Assembly (NCBI GenBank): GCA_951406725.2
Contig: OX597830.1
Span: 33,666,001-33,730,000, forward strand
DNA: 64,000 nucleotides
Reading direction: 5' to 3'
From: Octopus vulgaris
Taxonomy: Eukaryota
The notes under the pieces are model-generated. The model was not told the origin of the DNA. It saw only the letters and a program-made list of their open reading frames with translations, and searched no databases. Positions 53,231 to 64,000 of this stretch are shown one piece after another. How positions within the stretch are numbered: position 1 is the first letter of the stretch; every line of letters begins with the position of its first letter. The position numbers were made by a program, and so were the translations under genes.

Positions 53231-53984
53231 CCTTGTTTGTTTGAGAAATGAAGCGTTTATCAGTTCGGTGTGTTGTTGCCAGGGAATTTTGTACAATCTG
53301 TGGACAATTACTTTATAAAAGCAATTTTGTGAATATTTTTCAACAGCAGCATGAATTGAAGGTGATTGGTGGTTGAAGGTGGCATCAGTGGTTCTGGTGG
53401 TTTATGGTGATGGTTGTATTGGTGACCCTATATCTCCTGCCCCCATCAACCCCCCCATCAACCCCCTCCCCCCCACCGACACTCTCAATCTGACTGGACT
53501 TACACTTGACATGAACAGTAGAAGCGCAGGGGGTTGGGGGTTTTGTGGGTTTGGGGTTGGGGCAGATGGAAAATATTGTCTTTTGTTTCTGCTTTCATTG
53601 CTTCAATGGTTTGCTTCTTCAACCAATGATTGACCGGACAATACTTGGACTTGCACTAGCCATTAGGAAATGATGGTAGTAGTGGAGGCGGTGGTGGGTG
53701 TTGTTGGTAAAGATTGTTTAACGTCTTGGAGATAAATTTCTTTGTGTGTGTATGTGTGTGTGAGAGAGAGAGAGAGAAAGAAAAAGAGATGGTAATGAAG
53801 TGAACAAGATCAAAAAATAAGAATACAAATTACTATTACCACTACTGCAACTATAATAACAGTGACAAGAAATGGACTAAACCCACACTAATAATGGCTT
53901 CAAATTCTGGCACAATATGGGCGTCTCTACATCGCTATAGGATTGCTAGAAATAGCAGTCAAATCTCTTCTAAATCACACCCTT

Positions 53985-54300
53985 ATTATTATCCTCATTA
54001 GATGTTATCAGCTCCCAACAGGTTGAATAACAAGGGTCTCTATTCAGGTCTTTCTTTTCTACCATTTTTAAACATACACTATATCACAGTTTGGTTCAGT
54101 TCTTGATGTTATCAATTCAGATTGTTCTAGGTCTCCCTCTCAAACACTTGCTATTTATCTTCCCTTCTTATAACAGTCCTAGTACACCCCATGTTCTTAC
54201 TATGTGATCAAAGTACTTCAGTCTCTTTTTTAATAGTGTAGAGCAACGATCTTTTTGTATTTGTTTGCTGTAGCATTTTTTCCTTAGCTCAATGTTTTCT
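53985..54300 (-). mobile_element. RTE LINE 3' remnant
   Basis: Frameshifted LKYFDHIVR and TVIEGKINSKCLRGRPRT, matching RTE L.YFGHI.R and EGK..GKR.RGRP. Confidence 0.7.
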
Positions 54301-54757
54301 CCTTGATATTACTCTTTTTACTCTTTTACTTGTTTCAGTCATTTGACTGTGGCCATGCTGGAGCACCGCCTTTAGTCGACCAAATCGACCCCAGGACTCA
54401 TTCTATCTGTCTCTTTTGCCAAACCGCTAAGTTACTGGGACAAACACACACACACAGACACATATATATACGACGGGCTTTTTCCAGTTTCCATCTACCA
54501 AATCCACTCACAAGGCTTTGGTTGGCCTGAGGCTATAGTAGAAGACACTTGCGCAAGGTTCCACGCAGTGGGTCTGAACCTGGAACCATGTGGTTGGTAA
54601 GCAAGCTACTTACCACACAGCCACTCCTACGCCTATATTCTTACCACACCTGCCACTTAACAATCTTCAATATTCTTTTATTCTTTTACTTGTTTCAGTC
54701 ATTTTAACTGTGGTCATGCTGGAGCACCACCTTTTATGTTCATATTTCAAAAGCTTC

Positions 54758-55012
54758 TATTGGGTTGGTGCATAATTATTGCAACTTTTTTTCAACAAAT
54801 TTTATTCAACAAGAACAATAACAACATGTAACAAAAACATCTTTAAATGATTATTCTGGAGTATATCGACAATCTACTTCAATTACTGCTTCCCATTTGC
54901 TTGGCAGATGGTCAGACTGTCATTCAAAAATGTTTTTGTTAAATATTGTTATTGATTTTGTTGAATAAAATTTATTGAAAAAATGCCGCAATAATTATGC
55001 ACCAATTCAATA
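54758..55012. mobile_element. Mariner MITE
   Basis: ta ttgggttggtgcataattattgc...gcaataattatgcaccaattcaa ta, with inverted arms of about 80 bp and a TA TSD. Confidence 0.88.
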
Positions 55013-55102
55013 GCTTATCAGAGTTTCCATTAATGTCCATGTTTTTGCAGCATATAATAATAATATAATATATAAGATAGTAATGCTTTGAACCATGTAA
55101 CA

Positions 55103-55775
55103 TTTCTTATTTCTTTATAGCCCACAAGGGGCTAAATATAGAGGGAACAAACAAGGACAGACAAAGGGATTAATTTGATTACATCAACCCCAGTGCATAA
55201 CAGGTACATAAATTATCGACCCCGAGAGGGTGAAATGCCAAGTCAACTTTCTTATTTCTTTGTTGCCCACAAGGGGCTAAACATAGAGGGAACAAGCAAG
55301 GACAGACAAAGGGATTAATTCGATTACATCAACCTCAGTGCATAACTGGTACATAAATTATCGATCCCAAGAGGGTGAAATGTAAAGTCAACTTTCTCAT
55401 TTCTTTATTGCCCGCAAGGGGCTAAACATAGAGGAAACAAGCAAGGACAGACAAAGGGATTAATTCGATTACATCAACCCCAGTGCATAACTGGTACATA
55501 AATTATTGACCCCCGAGAGGGTGAAATGCCAAGTCAACTTTCTTATTTATTTATTGCCCACAAGGGGCTAAACATAGAGGGAACAAACAAGGACAGACAA
55601 AGGGATTAATTCGATTACATCAACCCCAGTGCATAACTGGTACATAAATTATCGACCCCGAGAGGGTGAAATGCAAAGTCAACCTCGGCGGAATTTGAAC
55701 TCAGAACATAGTATGAGACAAAATACCGTTAAGCATTTCACCAGGTGTGCTAATGATTCTACCAGCTCACTGCCC
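55103..55775 (-). repeat. Four tandem 145-146 bp units from the 3' half of a family B SINE; the last unit runs into the SINE head
   Basis: Units start at 55103, 55248, 55393 and 55539 and are nearly identical. Confidence 0.92.
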
Positions 55776-56254
55776 TCATCCACATAGCCATATTCGATAT
55801 AGATATTTTTCTCGTACACCTGATGGGTGAATTACATTGATTTATTTCTGTATTGCCCACAGGGGGCTAAACATAGAGGGGACAAACAAGGACAAAAGAA
55901 TTAAGCTGATTACATCGACCCCAGTGCATTACTGGTACTTAATCGACCACGAAAGGGTGAAAGACAAAATCGGCCTTGGTGGAATTTGAACTCAGATCAT
56001 AACAGCAGACGAAATATCACTATATTTTCCCTGGTGTGCTAACAATTCTGCCAGCTTGCCTGCCCTCATCCACATTGCCATATTAGATATAGATATTTTT
56101 CTCATGCACCTGATGGGCGAATTACATTAATTATAACAAGGAAATATGTTTTACTATTATATATATATAATACACTTCACTAACCTGGCATCTTGTACAA
56201 CCATCGCTCACATATGTCATTGACACGTATATCCTTTCTTTCTCTCATACCATA

Positions 56255-56292
<38 letters not shown>

Positions 56293-56837
56293 AATATATG
56301 CTTGTATAATTGACATAATAAACATGCACGGAATGAACTCCAATATTATTTGTTGAGTTGAAATAATATAACATTAATAGTAGCTGGTAACTGTTTACTT
56401 TGAAATTTTGCTATTAAAATTTACTTCTCAAGATATTTTTGAAAAGTCATTATATATATATATATATTTATGTATAAAATAACTTTTAATTGCATTATTT
56501 CTCAGTATGTGAAGAGAATAACAATGTGTAATTTACATCTGTTAAGAATTTAGCAGTAACATCTTTAAAAGCTAATTTAACTACTTTAAACATAGGTTTC
56601 TAATGCATATTGTGTTACGCATAAATATTTATTCATTTTATTACTTTTGTGTGTGAGTGTGTGTGTGTGTATATGTGTATATGTGTGTGTTCTGTGAATC
56701 TAAGTGAAAAAAATTGTTTAAATAATACACAATAAATAACTATTTATGTTAAGTACTCTGAAGGCTACCTTCACCTTTTCAAATGGAACAATCAATTCTG
56801 TTGTCCATTTATACTCACAGACTTATATATTTGTATA

Positions 56838-57140
56838 TTGTTTGTTCCTTCTCGAGCCACACCTGGCTCATAAGGGCCGGTTTCCTGGTTTCCTTGGCGT
56901 ATAGGTTCCTCACCTGGACGGGACGCTGGTCCATCGCAGGTGAGCTGCAAGATGCAGGAGGAAAGAGTGAGAGAAAGTTGTGGCGAAAGAGTCAACAGAA
57001 GTTCACCATTACCTTCTGCTGGATCCATGTGGAGCTTAGGTATCTCGCTCATAATCACACACATCACCCAGTCTGAGATTCGAACCTGTGATCCCTCAAC
57101 CGCGAGTCCACTGCTCTAACCACTAGGCCATGTGCCTCCC
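56838..57140 (-). mobile_element. tRNA-derived SINE (family E-like head, different tail), full length
   Basis: gggaggcacatggcctagtggttagagcagtggactcgcgg...ggttcgaatctc head and tail ggctcgagaaggaacaaacaa. Confidence 0.88.
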
Positions 57141-57740
57141 CATACATTTGTATAAATGGTACATAAATATAATCTCAAAGAAAATACCTTGTGGTATTTG
57201 ATGACATCCTTTTTCCAATCTGAGTTTGAATTCTTCCAATTAAGACCATATTTTTAACTTATTTCTGAGATCAAGAAAATAAAGTGTATGTTGAGTATTT
57301 GGAGCTGATTAAAAGAAGTGCTCCAGCATGGCCACAGTCCAATGACCAAAACCAGAAGCTATGTAAATCTTAAAGTGCTTACAGAATTCACACACACACA
57401 CATGGATGGGAAAGGAGCAAGTGAAGGAAGAAGACATTCAGATGACAATTCCAAAACCAGTTACTCACTTGATGGAAAACTTATGTGAGTCAGAGTAATA
57501 AGAAATAAATAGAAAAATTGAAACACACACACACACACACACACACACGCAAGAATAATAAACAGTAAAAGATACATTTTAGGAAAAGATAAACAGATTT
57601 TTTTCAGTATTATTATTATTTTAATTTTTATTATTATCATTATAATCGGTGTTGCTGACATCATCGTTGTAATCATCATCATCATCATCATTGTAATCAT
57701 CATCTTCTTCATCATCATCATCATCCTCATCCTCGTCGTC

Positions 57741-57750
57741 GTTGTTGTTG

Positions 57751-57801
<51 letters not shown>

Positions 57802-57961
57802 GTCCCCACTGATTTTGCAATTTGTCCCCTTGTAGTGTTTCCTTCTCTGCCGCCCTCTTGGCCAATACAAATATCACCATTATTCTTATTATTATCATCA
57901 TCATTATCATTATTATTATTATTAATACATAAATTAAAAAGAATATTTAAAAAGAATAAAC

Positions 57962-58007
<46 letters not shown>

Positions 58008-58035
58008 AACATCCTCATCACTATTATTATCATTG

Positions 58036-58089
<54 letters not shown>

Positions 58090-58144
58090 CTATTATTATT
58101 TATTATTGTTGTTATTATTATTATTATTATTATTATCATTATTA

Positions 58145-58196
<52 letters not shown>

Positions 58197-58231
58197 CATT
58201 ATTATTATTATTATTATTATTATCATTATTA

Positions 58232-58268
<37 letters not shown>

Positions 58269-58425
58269 CATTATTATTGTTATTATTATTTATTATTATT
58301 ATTATCATTATTATTATTATTATTATTATAATTATATCATTATTATTATTATTATTATCATTATTATAATTATCATTATTATTATTATTATTTTTATTAT
58401 TATTATTATTATTATCATTATTAGT
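57741..58425. repeat. Long (ATT)n/(ATC)n microsatellite block
   Basis: Direct inspection. It is the source of the poly-I/L/N pseudo-ORFs. Confidence 0.95.
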
Positions 58426-58611
58426 ATTTGAAAAGTCTAGGAAATGTGATGCCAGCTTGAATCATTCTAGGACGTTATACTTAATTCTCTTTGCATCATC
58501 CCACCAAAATAAAATAAAATAAAATAAAATAAAATAAAAGAAGACAACAAAACAAACAAATAAACAAAAATAAAACTTCTTCAATATACTTATTTATCTA
58601 TCTGTCTTAAC

Positions 58612-58650
<39 letters not shown>

Positions 58651-59891
58651 TGTTGTTGTTGTTGTTGCTGATGGTGGCAGTGGTATTCACAATGGTGATG
58701 GTGGTGGTGGCGGTGGTGGTGTTGGTGGTGTTGGTGGTGTTGTTGCCGTAGCTGTTTTTGGAATGCAGTTAATTACACGGTGATGCAAGTTGGAAAAAGA
58801 AAATATCAAACAATCAGCTGAGATTTGAGCTGATACTAAATCAATTAGCTGAAGATTTCTGTAACCTGACACAGACTGTGGCCTCAATGTGAAACCTCGC
58901 AGTTAATACTTTTGCTTATTCCGCTTGTCAAAATAGAGGAATAAATCATTTGCTTTTATACATTTAGAAATTTAAGGGAAAAGATTTTCTGTTTTCGCTT
59001 ATTGTGTTTATATTTTTCATAATAATGTTTTAGTTTATTTGGTAATGTCATTGTTTTCTTGTATTTTTTACGTATTTTTTGTATTTGATGTTTTTTAATT
59101 GTTTATTACATTTTGTGAAGGTTTCTGGTTTAATGCTAGTTTTATTGGGTTTTTTTTTTTTACTCTTTATCTTTCATTATTTTCTCTCTTTTCTTTTCAT
59201 TTTGTTTTCCTCCTGATGGTCGTATAATAAATTATATTTCTTGGCAGTAAAGACTCCATGAAACAACAATTTGGAAATCCGTTATGGAAACAACAGCAGA
59301 TGCAATTTAACGGAATTTTGGAATAATATAGAATCAAGACGCATGCATATACCACATTCACACACACACACACACACATACACACACACACATGAACTAT
59401 AAGAAACTATACATGACAAACCTGAACAGATGAAGTAATAAATAAACAAATGAAAAAAAAAATATGAAGTAATAATATATATAAAGAAACCAATACAGCA
59501 AAGCAGAAAAGCCTCCTACTGAGAAATATCAAATGGCTGAACGGATAAGATATTTGACTAGCAACTCATAGATCCTTCTTTGTTTTTAATAGATTTGTCT
59601 GTTGTTGGGAGATTAGAAGACAATACAGACAAGATGACCAAGACAGATATCTAATTTTTTTTTGAGAACTGCCATTATTGGTATTGGCCTCTTGTTGATG
59701 TGACCTGTGGGATTCAAGCTAGTAAGAGATCGTCTACATCAATGGTTCTCAACCTTTTTTTTTTTTACCTATGGACCCCTCATTGTTTCCTATTTTACTC
59801 AGGTGGACCCCTATAGCCATTTGATCTTTGACCCTTTCGTTACTGTATTTCTTTTGAGATGCTCTGTATTTCTTTCAATTACTTTAAATAT

Positions 59892-60900
59892 ACTCTTTTG
59901 CTCTTTTACTTATTTCAGTTTTATCGAGCAAACCGACCCCAGGACTTATTCTTTGTAAGCCTAGTACTTATTCTATCGTTCTCTTTTGTTGAACTGCTAA
60001 GTTACAGAGATGTAAACACACCAGTATCGGTTGTCAAGAGATGTTGGGGGGGGGGGGGTAAACACAGACACACACAAACACACACACATATATATACATA
60101 TACATATATACGACAGGCTTTTTTCAGTTTCTGTCCACCAAATCCACTCACAGGCTTTGTTCAGCCCAAGGTTATAGTAGAAAACATTTGCCCAAGGTAC
60201 CATGCAGTGGGACTGAACCCAGAACCATGTGGTTGGTAAGCAAGCTACTTACCACACAGCCACTCCTGCACCTATAGCAAAGAATTTAGTAAAATAACTT
60301 AGTTATCTTTCAGATAGTGTTAGGAACATAAATTGTGACTAAGGTTTGGTGGAAGATTTTAATTCAAAACTTATGGAAACTAGACATTTGCAGTCTGAGC
60401 CAGAGCTGGTTTCAGCCGGGCTGGTAACAAAAGGGTTAAAAAATCCTGTCCTATTTATGCAATTAAATATTATAGGCGTAGGAGTGGCTGTGTGATAAGT
60501 AGCTTGCTTACCAACCACATGGTTCAGGGTTCACTCCCACTGCATGGCACCTTGGGCAAGTGTCTTCTTCTATAGCCTCGGGCCAACCAAAGCCTTGTGA
60601 GTGGATTTAGTAGACAAAAACTGAAAGAAGCCCGTTGTATATATGTATATATATATATATATTTATATATATATGTATGCATGTGTGTGTGTATGTATAT
60701 GTTTGTGTGTCTATGTTTGTCCCCCAACATCACTTGACAACTGATGCTGGTGTGTTTATGTCCCCATAACTTAGCGGTTCGGGAAAAAGAGACTGATAGA
60801 ATAAATACTAGGCTTACAAAGAATAAGTCCTGGGGTTGATTTGCTTGACTAAAGGCGGTGCTCCAGCATGGCCACAGTCAAATGACTGAAACAAGTAAAC
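59892..60900. mobile_element. Head-to-head pair of family A SINEs (59892-60273 -, 60475-60900 +)
   Basis: Both match consensus A, in opposite orientation about 200 bp apart. Confidence 0.88.
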
Positions 60901-61662
60901 AAGCTATTGAGGAGATGCAGAAATCACGCATAGACTCACACACACACACACACTCTCTCTCTCTCTCTCCCTCTCATACACACATGCACATACATACAAT
61001 GAAACTCACTCTATGTTTCCACCTTCCAATTTAATGGACAAAACTTTAATCAGCCCCCAAGTTTATCAGCCGGGCCATCTTAGCAGAATTATAGAACCCT
61101 GGGGAAATCAATGTACCAGGTTCTTTAGTATTTATTTATTGACAGTAAGGTGAGGCATGCATAGATCAGAATCGAACCCCTAGATCTGTGGTGGCCTTGG
61201 GCAACTGTGCAGTGTGTCCATGCCTTGTGACAGCACTGGTTGTAATTTGAAGACACTTGTTCAAGATGTTATACAGTGAAACTGAACCTACAAACTTTTG
61301 GTTCTGAAACTATACCTGCATCGCTTTACTGGCACGTGAAAAACCATTTGAGTGAGGTCATTGCCAGTGCCGCTGGACTGGCTCCTGTGCAGGTGGCTCA
61401 TGAAAAATACCATTTGAGCATGGCTGTTGCCAGTACTGCCTGGCTGGCCTTCATGCCAGTGGCACGTAAAGCGACCACTACACTCTCAGAGTGGTTGGCT
61501 TTAGGAAGGGCATCCAGCTGTAGAAACTCTGCCAGATCAGACTGGAGCTTGGTGCAGCCATCTGGTTCACCAGACCTCAGTCAAATCGTCCAACCCATGC
61601 CAGCATGGAAAGCGGACGTTAAACGATGATGATGATGATGATGATAATGGCTGGAATCTCTT

Positions 61663-61880
61663 TTAACCCTTTAACATTCAGATTACACTTTCAAATGTAA
61701 TGCTTATTTATTCATATTGTTTCGAATTAATCATACATCATCTTGTGGTTTCAAGATTTCCCTGTTGTGATAGCTTATTTTGAAAATGCTATTGTAGGAT
61801 TGTTGTGAGAAGCCTGTTTGAACAAGAAAACAGATAAAATATTTTGGCCTGATATGGCCAGCTAAATGCCAAAGGGTTAA
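61663..61880. mobile_element. piggyBac-type MITE
   Basis: TTAA ccctttaacatt...aatgccaaaggg TTAA. Confidence 0.8.
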
Positions 61881-63921
61881 TCAAAACCCGCTTCGTTAGA
61901 GCTAACCTGGTGAGGATCAGATATATTTTGCTGAGGCAGATTTTCTACATATGGACGCCCTGGACAACCTGAAGGTTCCAGTTCTTCATATGAGCATATA
62001 TGAACATAACAACTTCAAAAGATGGTAAACCCAATACAACAAGCTAAGAAATCATTTGTCCATTTTCTTCTGTGCTTCCACAGTTTAGTGTTACATTTTT
62101 TTCTATTGCACAGAACCTATTTTTAGTTTGACAGTGCTTTTTGAACGTTAGGTTCCTTAAGAACAGGCCCATAAATGCTGTTATGGTAGTGGGATATAAA
62201 CGGCTAAATTCTTACCTGGTTCTCCTACATCTTATCAATTTAGCTTTCTATGTTCTAAGCTCACAGATCACCAATTCAGATCTGCTGTGCATTTAATTGT
62301 TCCTGAGACTTGACAATACAACTTATTCCTCAATGCACTCTTTTAAAGCCTAGCTAGGCTCATGGGCCCTGTTTCCTGGTTTCAATGGCATATGTGTTCC
62401 CCAGCTGGTTGGGACGCCAGTCCATCACAGCGTTACTCATTTTTTAATTATCTTCCTGGTTTGACATCAAGCTGGGCAGCTGGGCAGCTGTCCAGACTCC
62501 AACTATCTGTTGTAACATGGTTTCTATGGCTGGATGCCCTTCCTAGTGCCAACAAGCACACACTTTTAAGTGGTTGGCATTAGGAGGGGGCATCAGGCTG
62601 TAGAAACCAAACCACAACAGACAGTTAGGTCTCAAACTGTCCAAACCATGCCAGCATAGAAAGCAGATGTTAAACGATGATGACGATGATGATGTGCCTA
62701 GTGTGGTGCTGTTTCAGGGTAGTGTTGAAGTTGTTTCTAACAGTTTGAACAACTAGATAGAGTCTCTTACCATTGCCTGGTATTGGTTATATATCTATAT
62801 AAACATATGTAAAACTATGCAGATATATATATCGGTGCTTGTGAGGAGTCGATCAGGTGCTGACGATATTGTTCGGGTCATGAATAAGAAGAAATGAAGA
62901 AGGAAGTACAGTGACTCAAAAGAAAGGAAGCAAAACAACACACAAAAAGAAGAAAAAAGCAAAAAAAACAAAAGAAAATACTGTCTGATTGACAGAATGA
63001 AGAAGACAGAAATGAATAATTACAAAATTAGTAGCAGATAATGAGGAAAAGACAAAACAATGGAAAGAAGATTAATAGCAAGAAATGTAAACAAAGGCAA
63101 GCACACACACACACATGGTAAAAATAGCAGACAAAAACATGAAGGAAATTAGGTGGTAAAATTAAAAGAACCAAATGAATGAAGTTTTGGTTGAAAGAAA
63201 AGCGAAGGAAGACTGGTGAAAATGAAGGAAGATTGATTGTGTACGGATTTCTTTCTTTGTCTCTTATAAAGAAAATAGAAAAAGAAAATGTTAAAAACAA
63301 CAACAAAAAAAAATTAAAAAAAGACAGATTGGAACAAATAAACAAAGAAATAAAGGTAGGAAAGCAAAAGAAAAAAAAAAAGAAACCCAATAAAAATCTT
63401 TCGAATTATTAAGGGAGGAATAATTATATAATTAAAAAAGTGTGTGCGAATGTATGTGTGTATTTATGTGTGCGCCTGTGTGTGTGTGACTAGAAGCAAC
63501 AACAAAACATTTTTAATTATATTTGCTTTTCATTAAACAGTCAGGTGTTTGTGAAATATATAGAACAACATCTTGGTTTTTCACTGCGATGATCAAGGTA
63601 CGGATGAGGTGTGGTGGTGGTGGTGGTGGGGCAAGTGTTGAAGGTGCTAGGGTTGGTTGTAGTTGTAGTGGTTGCGGTGGCGGCGGCGGCGGCGGTGGTG
63701 GTAGTGGTGGTGGTGGGCGGCGGTGGACCGGCGCGGTGCAGTGCAGCGATGTGAGAGGAGTAGGCAAGACAGAGGCGCGGTAGGGTGGAGCAGGGTGGCG
63801 AGAGTTTGATTTAATGATCAAAATGAATTTCAGCAATAAATCTTTTAAGATGTTTCCCTATCACCATTTATAGCTTCATCATCATCATCACCATCATCAC
63901 CATCACTACCATCATCATCAC

Positions 63922-63957
<36 letters not shown>

Positions 63958-64000
63958 AGTTGTCTTTCGTGGAAAGGAAGGTGTTGGATTATAAGTTATC

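Noticed and set aside
59247-59325. Possible terminal exon KDSMKQQFGNPLWKQQQMQFNGILE*
   Set aside because: Only an acceptor-like AG and a short open frame, with no other support.
63541-63597. Possible 57-nt exon (aaacag | SGVCEIYRTTSWFFTAMIK | gtacgg)
   Set aside because: The splice signals are plausible but such matches are common by chance, and there is no recognisable homology or partner exon.

Overview
AT-rich, microsatellite-dense eukaryotic DNA with no intact protein-coding gene that I can support. The repeat content (several tRNA-derived SINE families, mariner, hAT and piggyBac-type MITEs, RTE LINE remnants) resembles an Octopus (coleoid cephalopod) intron or intergenic region; that assignment is my inference. 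Nearly all ORFs in the supplied track are microsatellite or SINE artefacts. The main hidden signal is 13 minimal type I hammerhead-ribozyme motifs (helix I / CUGANGA / helix II / GAAA / tiny palindromic helix III / NUH) found by eye, from about 9 unrelated short elements. Most lie next to (TA)n tracts, and several are arranged as long inverted repeats. Four have a fully canonical core, two carry a compensatory U3-A8 core and one family carries a U6 core. One copy sits behind a tRNA-like Pol III head. The window also holds a decayed Penelope-like (RT + GIY-YIG) element, the class known to carry such ribozymes. Other notable items are a young 406-bp RTE-type short element with a structured leader, opposed tandem SINE arrays, a SINE-derived 145-bp minisatellite, a duplicated 96-nt unit with third-position-biased changes, and unique islands rich in homeodomain sites. 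All alignments and folds were done by eye, and repeat boundaries are approximate.
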